Virus record (IMG/VR): IMGVR_UViG_3300017963_000024
Coordinates: 1-64,000 of that record
Length of the DNA: 64,000 bases
From: a virus
Strand: one strand, 5' to 3'
Positions within the stretch are counted from its first letter, which is position 1, and each line of letters starts with the position of its first letter. Position numbers and translations under genes: made by a program. A model generated the notes under the pieces. That model had not been told where the DNA came from. It did no database searches and worked only from the letters and a program-made list of their open reading frames with translations. Of this stretch, positions 9,373-19,435 are shown in pieces.

Positions 9373-10769
9373 GGATGGGACAGAGATATAGGTTCGGGGA
9401 GGAATTCCGAAGAAAGATTCTCGCTCAAGCTATCCGTGGTGATCTGCTTCGGACTTCAAAAGATACATTCAAAGCAAAGTTTTTCTCAGAGGGAAAGAAA
9501 ACTTTCTCTCCACAACAAAGACTAGCGAGCCTCGTCGAGAAGTTTGCCAAGACCAACCGGGGGGAGCGTCCCGGTGTCATCACGATGGATGAGCTAGTGA
9601 AGGAGGAGGCGCGTAGACTAGGTACAAACGAAGCCAAAGCCTTGAAGAGGGAATGGAGGGGGGTCCGCTCAATCAAGATACCAGACCCGCGTTACGTTAC
9701 CTCCAAGGTTCGTGAGTTTGCACAGGAAGCGGCATTGGCATCTGCTGTAATGGATGCTGCCGAATTGATCGACCAAGCTCGACTATCTGGAGATCAAGTC
9801 GATGCAACGCGGATACGGAGTCTGATCGACTCTGCAATGCAAGTTGGACAGGCTGATTCAGTCCGACGTGGCTACCTTCTCAAAGATGCTGCCATGCGAA
9901 TGGTAAGGTGGGGGGAAGACGACACGAGGCGGCGAATACCAACTGGCCTCAAAACTTTGGATGGTATGCTAAGTGGTGGACCTTCCTTCGGGGAGGTCTT
10001 CTACGTTCTGGCCGAACCAAAAGGAGCGAAATCTTGTTTCCTTCTGAATGTTGCCCTTGGAGCTATCCGAAGAAGACACAGTGTTGCATTCTTCTCCTAT
10101 GAAATGCGCTGGGAAAAGATGCTGATGAGAATGGATCAGAACGTCTCCCGTATGACAAAGGTAGACCTGAAGACAGGCTCAGGGCTGTCAAAGCTTGAGC
10201 GGTCTATGAAGGGCCTGACCAAGGCAGGAGTAGGAGAGATCGTGGTTCAGGAGTTCAACTCGCGTCAGCATGGCTGTGCAGAAGCGGCTCGTGTAGTAGA
10301 GGAATTGAGAGGCTACGGTCTGAATATAGATTTGATTGTCCTAGACTACCTCAACATCATGGGTTCAGGAGGAAGGGGGGAGCGTCGGCACGAGATTGCT
10401 GACATCTCGCGTCAAATGAGCTTCCTCGGAAAAGAAACTGACACACTCATCTGGTCAGCGGCATTGGTGAACAGGGCTGCCGTTGAGAAAGCAATCATCA
10501 CGAAGACGGACATCGCGGAAGCTTTCGAGGTCATCGCAATTCTGGACGGTGCTGTTGCCATCTGTGGAGACAAAGGTTTGAGAGAAGCTGGAATGCGGGG
10601 ACTCTATCTAACTGCTCTCCGTGAAGAAGAGGACGAAAGATTGGCGGGCATCTACAGGGTTGACCGTGCTCGAATGAAGTTCTTTGACGTGACGGATGAG
10701 GTATTGGGGGCGGAGGAGATGATTTCTCCAGATGATGTGGAGGCTTTGCCAGCGGCAGACTTGAGGTGA
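9369..10769 (+). CDS. replicative DNA helicase (DnaB/gp41-like)
   Basis: IPTGLKTLD, AEPKGAKS (variant Walker A), FFSYEM, LIVLDYL, DIAEAF. Confidence 0.85.
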   Translation: MRMGQRYRFGEEFRRKILAQAIRGDLLRTSKDTFKAKFFSEGKKTFSPQQRLASLVEKFAKTNRGERPGVITMDELVKEEARRLGTNEAKALKREWRGVRSIKIPDPRYVTSKVREFAQEAALASAVMDAAELIDQARLSGDQVDATRIRSLIDSAMQVGQADSVRRGYLLKDAAMRMVRWGEDDTRRRIPTGLKTLDGMLSGGPSFGEVFYVLAEPKGAKSCFLLNVALGAIRRRHSVAFFSYEMRWEKMLMRMDQNVSRMTKVDLKTGSGLSKLERSMKGLTKAGVGEIVVQEFNSRQHGCAEAARVVEELRGYGLNIDLIVLDYLNIMGSGGRGERRHEIADISRQMSFLGKETDTLIWSAALVNRAAVEKAIITKTDIAEAFEVIAILDGAVAICGDKGLREAGMRGLYLTALREEEDERLAGIYRVDRARMKFFDVTDEVLGAEEMISPDDVEALPAADLR

Positions 10770-10772
10770 ATC

Positions 10773-11348
10773 ATGCCTGTTTACATACGAGACTCACGAA
10801 TGCAATTCATGCAGGACCCTGTAGAGATGCAAAGTTTTGGTGGGCCATCGCTGATGTTCCGTGGTCGTGGATGGGTTGAGATTGATATTAGTATCATCAT
10901 CGAAGGCGAGACTGATGGTCGTGGCTTGTGGAATGCACTCTCTGAGCGGGATGCTGCAAACTTTGCTGTGGCTCTCTGGCGTGCAGCAAAAAGTGATGAG
11001 ATTCAGCGGGGTGAGGCACCCTTAGAACCTATGGTTGCTGTTGGGGATCCACTCAAAGAGGCGGTTTACAACGGTCCAGATCAGCCGATCATCTCCACAT
11101 TCAAGGTAGAAAGGATGACGTTCAGGGATGCCTCGGAAACGAAAAGAGCCGTTAAGCGAGAATCTTCTAAACGTTCTGTCGCTGAAAGATCAAGCAGAGA
11201 AAGTGCTGGAGATGCCAAGGAGCTTCCCGTTGCTAGTAGCGGGAGAAGAGCCATCCGAAGGGTACGTCCTTCCAAGACCGCTCGTAGACAAACTCCTGAA
11301 ACGGAACAGAGCACGACGGAGGAGACAAGCAATGAAGGCGGCGCTTAA
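10773..11348 (+). CDS. hypothetical protein
   Basis: GAGGTG SD; lies within the operon. Confidence 0.55.
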   Translation: MPVYIRDSRMQFMQDPVEMQSFGGPSLMFRGRGWVEIDISIIIEGETDGRGLWNALSERDAANFAVALWRAAKSDEIQRGEAPLEPMVAVGDPLKEAVYNGPDQPIISTFKVERMTFRDASETKRAVKRESSKRSVAERSSRESAGDAKELPVASSGRRAIRRVRPSKTARRQTPETEQSTTEETSNEGGA

Positions 11349-11661
11349 CACCACAAAATTCATTGTGTCTGCTGATCCCGGTAATGGCGTGTCCGCTAAC
11401 TTGCATTTGGATTTCGCAATCTTCAAGGAAGAATTCGGGAAGGAGATTCAAGGCTGTTTTGCAGAAGACCTTGGCGGAAAATTCATGGGGAGGATGTCTC
11501 CTGTTGGTATTCTGCACCTACTAGAACTTCTACTAGATTCTCAGTTAGAAGCTTTGACCCTAGAAGACAATGTTGTACTTCGGATGTTCTCCCGCCAGTA
11601 TGCGCCAGAAATCAAAGCTTCGACTGGTAGGGCAATAAAAAAGGTGAGGAAAAAAACATAA
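11332..11661 (+). CDS. hypothetical protein
   Basis: GGAG SD before ATG 11332; ends STGRAIKKVRKKT. Confidence 0.5.
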   Translation: MKAALNTTKFIVSADPGNGVSANLHLDFAIFKEEFGKEIQGCFAEDLGGKFMGRMSPVGILHLLELLLDSQLEALTLEDNVVLRMFSRQYAPEIKASTGRAIKKVRKKT

Positions 11662-11684
11662 TAAAATCAATAATTTAGCAAAAC

Positions 11685-11713
11685 TTGACAAGGGAAAAGC
11701 TTTGTGGCATACT
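11685..11713 (+). promoter_or_regulatory. sigma70 promoter with AAGCTT in the spacer
   Basis: TTGACA-17-CATACT with extended TG and an AT-rich UP element. Confidence 0.8.
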
Positions 11714-11770
11714 CTAGGCACGTTAAACGTCAGTCCGATGGGCAACGGGCAGACGGAAAGGAGGAGCGAT

Positions 11771-12355
11771 ATGCAGAAGCTAGCAGAACTTCTGGACCCT
11801 ATTCGGGACAGAATCAAGATCAAGAGACAGATGGCACCCCCGGAACATTACGTTTCGGAAACAGGTGTCACTCCACGGGAATTCGTTGAGCCTTGTGATT
11901 GCGTGCTCATCGAAGACCGGAAGAATCCGACATGGACCTATATGGTTCCAGAAACGGAGGAGGAAGTTCCTGTGCGGGTCATCAAGCTTTGTGACCACCA
12001 CATGAAGCACCCGGAGGTCATGTCGGTTGGCGGGTACGTCCTAGACCGATGGGCTGAAGAAAAGCTTGCAGAGTTTCGTGAAGTTCCCGATCCCCGTCAG
12101 GCTGAGATCACTGTTGATTGGGTGAAGGGGACGCGGAAGAAGCCGGGATACTTCAAAGCCAAGATCGGCAGAAAATTCTGTCGAGGTGAGTCATTCAATG
12201 AGGCGGTTCAGAAGCTCGTCCGAAAGGTAAAAGAGGAGGATGGCACCAACTTCGATTTTCGGGTAGTAGCTGGACGCGAGAAGAGAAAGGCAACCGTAAA
12301 GATCAGCCTTCCAAAACCAGCGCGGAAGGATGATGGTTGGTTCCCGTGGTTCTGA
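11771..12355 (+). CDS. hypothetical protein
   Basis: AAAGGAGGAGCGATATG SD after the promoter. Confidence 0.65.
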   Translation: MQKLAELLDPIRDRIKIKRQMAPPEHYVSETGVTPREFVEPCDCVLIEDRKNPTWTYMVPETEEEVPVRVIKLCDHHMKHPEVMSVGGYVLDRWAEEKLAEFREVPDPRQAEITVDWVKGTRKKPGYFKAKIGRKFCRGESFNEAVQKLVRKVKEEDGTNFDFRVVAGREKRKATVKISLPKPARKDDGWFPWF

Positions 12356-12551
12356 TGAAACAGAAATTGAAAAAGGAGATCGTGAAGTGTATTACTTACA
12401 TTGTGGAGAATGACTATCCTGCGGAAGCTGGATGGTTCCCAATGGGTAGTTCTTTCGATGCTGTGATTTGGGGCTACAATCATCCGAAGACCGTCAAGAA
12501 GCTTGTAGCGGCTGCGCGAGAAACACTGGTCAGAAAAAGGAGGCGGCGAAA

Positions 12552-12866
12552 ATGAGCTATATGTACGTTCTGGAAGGACAAACTCCTGTTCCTACTGACA
12601 ATGCGGTTGAATGGGGAAAATGGTTCAAGGCGGCGGATCGCCATGTTGGTCTTGACAGGCTTTCGGAGGATATTGTCGTCAGCACGGTTTTCCTCGGGAT
12701 GGATCACAGCTTCGGCGGTTGTCCTCCACTCCTGTTCGAGACAATGATCTTCGGAATAGAGGAGGACGAGCTTCTTAAGGATTATCAGGTGAGGTACTGC
12801 ACATGGGATGAGGCTGTGGCGGGTCACGCCCTCGCGGTCAAGTTTGCAAAGGAGTATTTGGAATGA
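12552..12866 (+). CDS. conserved phage hypothetical protein
   Basis: VSTVFLGMDH...PLLFETMIF...RYCTWDEAVAGH, a recurrent phage family. Confidence 0.65.
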   Translation: MSYMYVLEGQTPVPTDNAVEWGKWFKAADRHVGLDRLSEDIVVSTVFLGMDHSFGGCPPLLFETMIFGIEEDELLKDYQVRYCTWDEAVAGHALAVKFAKEYLE

Positions 12867-13342
12867 GCGATATGGATTTGGAAGAAGAAGCAGCAAAGTT
12901 TGCTCTTTCTTCAATGGCTGACGCTCGTGACCACTTCATGCAGTTCCGTGATCTCTTCCCTCCCGGCAAGGTTCTCATTCACAAAGAGCACTTGGGTTGG
13001 GTAGCAGCGGGCGTCTTTGAGTTCCCCAATGACCTCAAAGATTTCGGAGAGGCGATTAACTACCTGCTGAAGGAACTTGATTGTGATGCTGTGGTGATTG
13101 TTCAGGATACAATCCTTTCCATCGAGGGTGACGACGCGGAGATCACTCCTGCGATCTTGGGAGTGGCGATTACAGAGTGGATGAGCAAAGCTTGGATACT
13201 GACTTACTACGAGGAAGACAATCAGTTCCACTTTGCAAAGAGCGCGGAGGAACTGGACGATGATGCTCTTCAGGGAGGTTACATCCTTGAGTGCATCACA
13301 GCGATGCGTCCAGAGATGCCAGAAGGGACGATGCTCCAATGA
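12863..13342 (+). CDS. hypothetical acidic protein
   Basis: ATGA coupling, AAGGAG SD. Confidence 0.55.
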   Translation: MSDMDLEEEAAKFALSSMADARDHFMQFRDLFPPGKVLIHKEHLGWVAAGVFEFPNDLKDFGEAINYLLKELDCDAVVIVQDTILSIEGDDAEITPAILGVAITEWMSKAWILTYYEEDNQFHFAKSAEELDDDALQGGYILECITAMRPEMPEGTMLQ

Positions 13343-14346
13343 GTCGCTTCAGCGCATGGGCACCTCTACCCGATCTCGTGGACATCCCTCGATACGTTCG
13401 ATCCCGCGTCGCAGTTCGTTCGACTCGCTACAACGGCATCATGGTTTTCGATTGTCCTTTCTGTGGAGATAGCAGAGGACGTGGATGGGTCCTGCCCGTC
13501 ACAGATCGAACAAGTCATGGGGCCGCTGGGTGTTGGAATGAAGGATGTGTGGCAAACCCGAAGATGGAAGGAGGTTTTCTCGCTTGGGCACAGAAGCTAG
13601 AGGGCTACAGAATGAAGGGTGAAGCCTATACGTTTCTGAGGTTGACTTTTCCTGGCAGGACGCGGCCACCAAAACGGGAGAAGATAAAGCATACAGAAGT
13701 TGAAATTCCTTTTCCTGTTGATCCGATTCTCGACAGGCGTGATGCGATCAAGTTCGTTCGAGATCAATGGGGAGTCCAAGCTTGGAAAGCGGCAAAAGCT
13801 GGTTTGGTAGTTTCAACCAGTAACGTTTCATCCATGCCGGATGAGCACAAAGCTTGGTTGTGGCGTATAATCGCTCCCATTTTCCAAGATGGAAAGATGG
13901 TCGGGTTTCAAGGTCGAACGATGTACGACCACGTTCTACCGAAGTACAAAGTTGAAGCGGGAATTCCAACACACTCCTTGCTCTACGGATTGGATGATGT
14001 CGAGAAAGGAGATGCGGTCCTGCTAGTTGAAGGAATAGGGGATGTTCTCCGGTGGAATCAGGATCACAAGGGAGGTCCAAAGGCAGTCGGTCTGTTTGGT
14101 GCGGAACTGTCCTCAGAAAAGCTTGCCTTGGTCTATCTGAAGAAACCACGAAGCGTAACCTTGGCTCTTGATGCAGACGTTCCCCGTAGGAAGGTTATCC
14201 GCTTAGGAGCAGAGGTCAAAGCTTGGGGCATTCCTACCAAGCTAGGTTTCTGGGAGAATGGAAAAGATGCTGCAAGTGGAGCTACCCTATGTACCGTACC
14301 TATGAATACTTTATTGGGTGCTGTACGCGGATTACTTACTGATTGA
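13339..14346 (+). CDS. DNA primase (Zn finger + TOPRIM)
   Basis: CPFC...C...C; GFQGR; LLVEGIGD; LALDAD; GKDAA. Confidence 0.88.
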   Translation: MSRFSAWAPLPDLVDIPRYVRSRVAVRSTRYNGIMVFDCPFCGDSRGRGWVLPVTDRTSHGAAGCWNEGCVANPKMEGGFLAWAQKLEGYRMKGEAYTFLRLTFPGRTRPPKREKIKHTEVEIPFPVDPILDRRDAIKFVRDQWGVQAWKAAKAGLVVSTSNVSSMPDEHKAWLWRIIAPIFQDGKMVGFQGRTMYDHVLPKYKVEAGIPTHSLLYGLDDVEKGDAVLLVEGIGDVLRWNQDHKGGPKAVGLFGAELSSEKLALVYLKKPRSVTLALDADVPRRKVIRLGAEVKAWGIPTKLGFWENGKDAASGATLCTVPMNTLLGAVRGLLTD

Positions 14347-14409
14347 TCCCCACAAGACCGAAAAGCTTGCCAGCCGTAAACGGTTGATTTTTAAGCCATT
14401 TTTCGGCAC

Positions 14410-14439
14410 TTGACAAACCCATTATATGTGTGGTAAAGT
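14410..14439 (+). promoter_or_regulatory. sigma70-like promoter for the HNH gene (short or leaderless 5' UTR)
   Basis: TTGACA-18-TAAAGT with TG just upstream of ATG 14446. Confidence 0.5.
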
Positions 14440-14445
14440 CTTGCC

Positions 14446-14889
14446 ATGACAAAAAATGAGATCGAGGCATGGGTGCGGGACTTTTGGCAGAGTGTCAGAA
14501 TTAGAGGAGAAAATGATTGTTGGAACTGGAAGTATCCTCTACGGAATGGGTATGGTGTTTGGAGCGGTAAGCCAGCCTCTCGTGTGGCTTGGATGCTTGC
14601 TAATGGCAGAGTTGCTCCAAAAGGAATGTTTGTTTGCCATACGTGCGATAACAAAGCTTGTTGCAATCCAAGACATCTCTACTTAGGAACACCAGCGGAT
14701 AACTCACAAGACATGGTTGAACGTGGTCGAACTCGCCGAGGTAAAATCACACACAGTGGCAAGCAACTTCGTGTGGCTGTTCTTCGTTTGATTGGTACTC
14801 TTCCTCAACGAGACATCGCCCGTCGCTTTGGAGTATCTGAAAGTTATATTAGCCGTATTAAGTCGGGCGACCGATTGAACGGAACTTGA
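14446..14889 (+). CDS. HNH homing endonuclease with C-terminal HTH
   Basis: CWNW, GYG, VCHTCDNKACCNPRHLYLGTPADN; QRDIARRFGVSESYISRI. Confidence 0.9.
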   Translation: MTKNEIEAWVRDFWQSVRIRGENDCWNWKYPLRNGYGVWSGKPASRVAWMLANGRVAPKGMFVCHTCDNKACCNPRHLYLGTPADNSQDMVERGRTRRGKITHSGKQLRVAVLRLIGTLPQRDIARRFGVSESYISRIKSGDRLNGT

Positions 14890-14914
14890 CAAAGCTTTGA
14901 ACTTGTGGGATAAT
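14886..14914 (+). promoter_or_regulatory. sigma70 promoter with AAGCTT in the spacer
   Basis: TTGACA-AAGCTTTGAACTTGTGG-GATAAT. Confidence 0.8.
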
Positions 14915-14965
14915 CCCGACACATTGGGCAAGCCCCCACGGGGGCACAACGAAAGGAGGAGCGAT

Positions 14966-16513
14966 ATGAAAGAGATTCAGGAACTTGTGTTGTCTGCAAG
15001 GAGTGTTTCGACTCCCTTGATAGGAGTCGAGACATCCGATCCAGCAGCGACGATTGCGGCCATCTCAGAGGCAGTCGTCAATGAGGAGGAAGGCGGAGAC
15101 AAGGTCCCTCAGATCGAGTGGGACATCATCCGTGGTTTGGTTGGAAGAAATCAGATCGGACAGAAGGTAGTGGCGAATTTGGCACCCCCGGAAGTGGACA
15201 TTGCTGCCATCTCACAGAATCCTTCGGAAGCGTTGGCACTTCTCCCGAAGGTTCCCGAACAGACAATCGTCTACTTTCACAATGCACAACGTTACTTGAA
15301 CCCACAGCTTCCGGGTAGTGAGGCGGTGGCACAGGGTATCTGGAACTTGAGGGATCAGTTCAAGTCAACATTCAGAACTCTCATTCTTCCCTCACCGATG
15401 TTGCGGCCCCCGGACGAACTGGCACAGGACATCATTGTGTTTAGTGAGCCGCTTCCAGATGACGAAAAGCTTGGAGAGATCGTCGATACTGTGTACGCAG
15501 CAGCGGACTTGGAAGCACCGTCGAATAGAAAGAAAGCCGATACGATATTTGCTCTGAGGGGCTTGGCAGCGTTTCCAGCAGAGCAAGTGACGGCAATGTG
15601 CCTCACCGAAGAGGGAGTCGATCTTGACGATGTGTGGGACAGAAAGCGGACGATGATCGAGCAAACTCGTGGACTAGCATTTCTCCCACGTCGATTCACC
15701 CTCAACGATGTTGGTGGATTGGATCAGATCAAGAAATTCAGTAAGCCGCTGTTTGCTGGGGAGTACCCACCGACTACGGTACTATTCATCGACGAGATCG
15801 AAAAGATGTTCGCTGGAGCGTTCGGCGGCGTGGCTGATTCTTCTGGTGTCAGTCAGGATCAGTTGGGGGTGATGCTTAGAGCGATGGAGGACAACAACTG
15901 GTCTGGCTGCATCTTCGTAGGTCCTCCGGGGACTGCAAAGTCGATGGTGGCACAGGCGATGGGCAACACCTACGGCAAACCAGTGATCGCAATGGATCTT
16001 GGAGCGGTCAAAGGCTCTCTCGTTGGTCAGTCGGAAGCTCAGATGAGAGGCATGATGAAAACCGTCTACGGAATCGGTGGTGATGGTGTGTTCATTGTGG
16101 CAACGTGCAACAGGCTGGAAAGCTTGCCACCGGAATTGCGGAGACGGTTCAAGTACGGCATCTGGTACTTCGACATTCCTTCAGAGGACGAGCGAAAGCC
16201 TATTTGGAAGTTGAACCTCAAAAGGTACAACCTGAAGAACAGCACTCTTCCAAACGATCACAACTGGACGGGTGCGGAGATCAGAAATGTTTGTGAACTC
16301 TCGTGGAGGTTGGGCATCTCTCTCGAAGAGGCTTCCAACTACATCGTCCCCGTGATGAAGAGCGATCCTGAAGCAGTCAATCGTCTCAGGAAGATGGCGG
16401 ATGGAAAGTTCTTGTCGGCAAGCTATGAAGGAACCTACGTGAGGCTGGACGTGGAGAAATCAACCAAGAAGGGGCGAAAGATTCGGGTAAAGGGACCGAA
16501 GACTCGTCAGTAG
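14966..16513 (+). CDS. Ycf46-like AAA+ ATPase with permuted motif order
   Basis: DVGGLDQIK, LFIDEIEK, GPPGTAKS, SLVGQSE, VATCN, LPPELRRRF; strong SD before ATG 14966. Confidence 0.85.
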   Translation: MKEIQELVLSARSVSTPLIGVETSDPAATIAAISEAVVNEEEGGDKVPQIEWDIIRGLVGRNQIGQKVVANLAPPEVDIAAISQNPSEALALLPKVPEQTIVYFHNAQRYLNPQLPGSEAVAQGIWNLRDQFKSTFRTLILPSPMLRPPDELAQDIIVFSEPLPDDEKLGEIVDTVYAAADLEAPSNRKKADTIFALRGLAAFPAEQVTAMCLTEEGVDLDDVWDRKRTMIEQTRGLAFLPRRFTLNDVGGLDQIKKFSKPLFAGEYPPTTVLFIDEIEKMFAGAFGGVADSSGVSQDQLGVMLRAMEDNNWSGCIFVGPPGTAKSMVAQAMGNTYGKPVIAMDLGAVKGSLVGQSEAQMRGMMKTVYGIGGDGVFIVATCNRLESLPPELRRRFKYGIWYFDIPSEDERKPIWKLNLKRYNLKNSTLPNDHNWTGAEIRNVCELSWRLGISLEEASNYIVPVMKSDPEAVNRLRKMADGKFLSASYEGTYVRLDVEKSTKKGRKIRVKGPKTRQ

Positions 16514-16528
16514 AAAGGAGGAGCGAAA

Positions 16529-16852
16529 ATGCCTTGTGACAGAATCATCTACAATAGGTTGGAGTTGAAACTGGCCGATAGGAAAAAGCTGATCGAAGCT
16601 TTGAAGGCGGAGGGCATTCAGTTCAATGAGTACGGAAGAACTGTCAGTTTCTATGACAAACAAACCGGAATCTCAGGAGAGATCGGAAAAAGCGACATCA
16701 GACTCGATGCAACAGGGCAACGGGCAACCGATTTCGTCAACCGAATCAAGCGAGCCTACTCAACCCAAGTCGTCAAATCCACTGCCCGAACGTTCAAGTG
16801 GAACCTCAAGCAAGTTGGGCCTAATCGGTTCGTTGCTCAGAGACGCTTCTAA
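16529..16852 (+). CDS. DUF1257-like small protein (AAA partner)
   Basis: LIEALKAEG...NRIKRAYS...ARTFKW pattern; lies after the Ycf46-like AAA gene. Confidence 0.55.
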   Translation: MPCDRIIYNRLELKLADRKKLIEALKAEGIQFNEYGRTVSFYDKQTGISGEIGKSDIRLDATGQRATDFVNRIKRAYSTQVVKSTARTFKWNLKQVGPNRFVAQRRF

Positions 16853-17552
16853 AGGTGTCTTTGGCTTTGTGAAGCAAGCACAAGAAGCAGAGATAGCGAT
16901 GAAACGATTTACGTCCACAGTACAAAAGCTGTCAGCCGATGCGGAACTGGCAAAAGCCATGCGTTCCAAGTTGGTTCAGCAGATGAGGGAGGACAGAAGG
17001 CGAGCCGATGAACTAAGGCTTGATAGGAATGCAAGGCAGCGGGCAATCAGTCAGCTTCGTCGGGATCTGGAAGCCGAAGCGATGACTAGCATTCAGGTTC
17101 CCGTTGAAACTTTCGATTCCATTTCCACACCTGCCAAAGCTTTTGGAAAGCAGATGGATGCGGTTGCTGTTTGGTGGGTTGAGGAAGACGAAAAGCGGCA
17201 CGTAGTGGTTCTGGATGTGGAAGGTACTCTGCGGTGTTCTTGCATGGCGTGGCCGGACAATCTCAGTTGTGAGCACGTTAAAAAGTTTGCTGTGCTCGCA
17301 AGACAGCGTTGGGATTCATGGCAAGAGGAAAGACTGCTACAGCAAACAAGGGAACGAGAGACAGTCCAACTTCAGCGGAGAACTCTTGAACTTCGAGAAC
17401 GCCTTGAGGAGATAATGGGGCAGATGAAGATGTTGAAGGAGCGAGCACCGACAACATTTGCCATGCCGTCCGATGATGGTGGCGGGGCACTCTCACAAGC
17501 TGCAAAAAAACTTGGTCGGGCAATTCGGATCAAGAAGAAAGGAGGAGCGTAA
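16626..17552 (+). CDS. SWIM zinc-finger coiled-coil protein (true start probably near 16899)
   Basis: CSCMAWPDNLSCEHV fits CxC-xn-CxH. Confidence 0.7.
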   Translation: MSTEELSVSMTNKPESQERSEKATSDSMQQGNGQPISSTESSEPTQPKSSNPLPERSSGTSSKLGLIGSLLRDASKGVFGFVKQAQEAEIAMKRFTSTVQKLSADAELAKAMRSKLVQQMREDRRRADELRLDRNARQRAISQLRRDLEAEAMTSIQVPVETFDSISTPAKAFGKQMDAVAVWWVEEDEKRHVVVLDVEGTLRCSCMAWPDNLSCEHVKKFAVLARQRWDSWQEERLLQQTRERETVQLQRRTLELRERLEEIMGQMKMLKERAPTTFAMPSDDGGGALSQAAKKLGRAIRIKKKGGA

Positions 17553-17752
17553 TGGGCAACGATCAGTTGGAGATCGAGATCATGGAAGATGGGACGATCA
17601 AGACAACGACAGGGAGGATCAGCGCAGCGAATCACAAGAACGCAGATGAGTTCATGGCAATGATGGCACGCATGACTGGTGGCAAGACAGAGTCACAGAA
17701 GAAAGCGCAAGCAACACCGACGCAGCATCATCACCAACTCATCCGTCGTTAA
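17552..17752 (+). CDS. DUF2997-like small protein
   Basis: EIEIMEDGTIKTTT...MARMTGG, 66 aa, in the AAA module. Confidence 0.55.
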   Translation: MGNDQLEIEIMEDGTIKTTTGRISAANHKNADEFMAMMARMTGGKTESQKKAQATPTQHHHQLIRR

Positions 17753-17777
17753 TTGGGCAAACGAAAGGAGGAGCGAA

Positions 17778-18740
17778 ATGGCACAACAGGAAACAAAGAG
17801 AGTTCAAATCCAGAAGGGAACGATGATCCTTCATCTCTCATTCAGCAAACCGGGAATCGAGAGAAAGATTGATTCGGCGGACGTGGAACTTGAGGCAGAC
17901 AATTCGATGTTCCATGTCACGAAGGACATCATGGACAGCAAGGAACTGAAAGCGGTTCAGTCCTTCGACAACCAGACAACGAACCTCATCAGGAAGCGAC
18001 CGACGACGTTTCCATTCTTCAGAGGGATGCACGGTTTCTATACCATCCTCATTACCGATCTTGCCAGTGTCAATGCTTTGCTGCGGGATCGAGAGGCAAT
18101 CCGTAGTGGATTGATCGAGAAGTTCATCAAAGCCATCCCCCGTCTGAAGGAGGAAGCGAAACGAAGACTCGGCAAGCACTATGACGAGTCGGATTACTAC
18201 ACGGAGGAGCAGTATCGTGAGTTGTTCAGAATGCGGTGGACACCTGTGGAACTCGATGTTCCTGCCCGACTCGAAGACATCGACCCGGAGGAATACAAAG
18301 CGAAGTCGGCAGAGATGAATGAGCAGTACAATCTCCTGTGGGACGACATTCGATTGCTCATGCGGGTTGGGCTTCAGGGTATGCTCGACAAGTTCTCTGG
18401 TATCTTGAAGGGTGAGAAAGACGGCAAGCCGCTGACATTCAAGAACGTCACCTTCGACCGGATCATCGAGTTTGTTGACAACTTCGGAAGCAGAAACATC
18501 ACGAGTGACAAAGACCTCGCAGCGATTGTTGGGGAGGTCAAGGAGTTACTGGAACAGTTCGAGCCGGATGAACTCCGGTACTACTCCACCGACAACGATG
18601 AAGCACGAGGCGCAGTGAGAGAGCTTCGTAAAGCTGTTGCTGAAGGGTTGGACGAGATTACCGAGACGTTGAGCGGCATGGTTGGACCGAAACCTGTGAG
18701 GGCAATTCGTCTCAGGAAGAAGGTCAAGGCCAAGAAGTAA
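17778..18740 (+). CDS. DUF3150-like helical protein
   Basis: size, helical pattern (LGKHYDESDYYTEEQYRELF) and position in the AAA module. Confidence 0.45.
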   Translation: MAQQETKRVQIQKGTMILHLSFSKPGIERKIDSADVELEADNSMFHVTKDIMDSKELKAVQSFDNQTTNLIRKRPTTFPFFRGMHGFYTILITDLASVNALLRDREAIRSGLIEKFIKAIPRLKEEAKRRLGKHYDESDYYTEEQYRELFRMRWTPVELDVPARLEDIDPEEYKAKSAEMNEQYNLLWDDIRLLMRVGLQGMLDKFSGILKGEKDGKPLTFKNVTFDRIIEFVDNFGSRNITSDKDLAAIVGEVKELLEQFEPDELRYYSTDNDEARGAVRELRKAVAEGLDEITETLSGMVGPKPVRAIRLRKKVKAKK

Positions 18741-18755
18741 TCCAAGGAGGCAGCG

Positions 18756-19190
18756 ATGCCTACGATCAATGATTACCTTAATGATCCTTTGAATGACATA
18801 GCAACACAGGAAGAGATCATCCGGGCCTTGAGTCCAAAGCGAAAAAAAGCTTTACCCAAGGTCCGGTTGACGAACCGAGGAAGGAGGTTAGAAGGCAAAA
18901 GGCCGCCTCCTAAGAAAAACTTTAAGCCGGGTGTGATGGCAACTGCCGTTGCTCTCATGCTGAAAGCAGGGAGCAACGGGTTCACACGGTCGGAGGTTGT
19001 GGATGAACTCCATAGGATCTTTCCGAAACGGAAGCGATCTGGTTTGGAAACAACCGTCTATCTCTTGTCTCTTGGTAATCTACCAAATGGACACAGGATG
19101 AGGGTGATCGAAAAACCAGACGGGCGGCTGGTCGTGCTTCCGAAATCGGTGCCAGAAAGTTTTGGCAAAAGACCAGCAGCGGAGGTCTGA
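18756..19190 (+). CDS. basic hypothetical protein, possible winged HTH
   Basis: AAGGAGG SD; FTRSEVVDELHRIFP. Confidence 0.5.
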   Translation: MPTINDYLNDPLNDIATQEEIIRALSPKRKKALPKVRLTNRGRRLEGKRPPPKKNFKPGVMATAVALMLKAGSNGFTRSEVVDELHRIFPKRKRSGLETTVYLLSLGNLPNGHRMRVIEKPDGRLVVLPKSVPESFGKRPAAEV

Positions 19191-19435
19191 TATGCTGAGT
19201 GAGTTCAGAGAAGCTTTCGAGAAAGACTATTGGCCGAAGAGACGAACCGCCTGTCATCTTTACTTCATCAGTGGGGTAGCCCTGACGACAGCCGCAAAAG
19301 CGTTTATAGAGGAATCCTTTATCATGTTTGGAGTTCTTCTGCTTGTCTGTATCATGTTCTGGCAAGCAGGGCTGCGATTGGTGAATCGAGAAATCCAAAT
19401 CGAAGAAGAAGAGATTAGGAAGATGGAGGAGAAGG

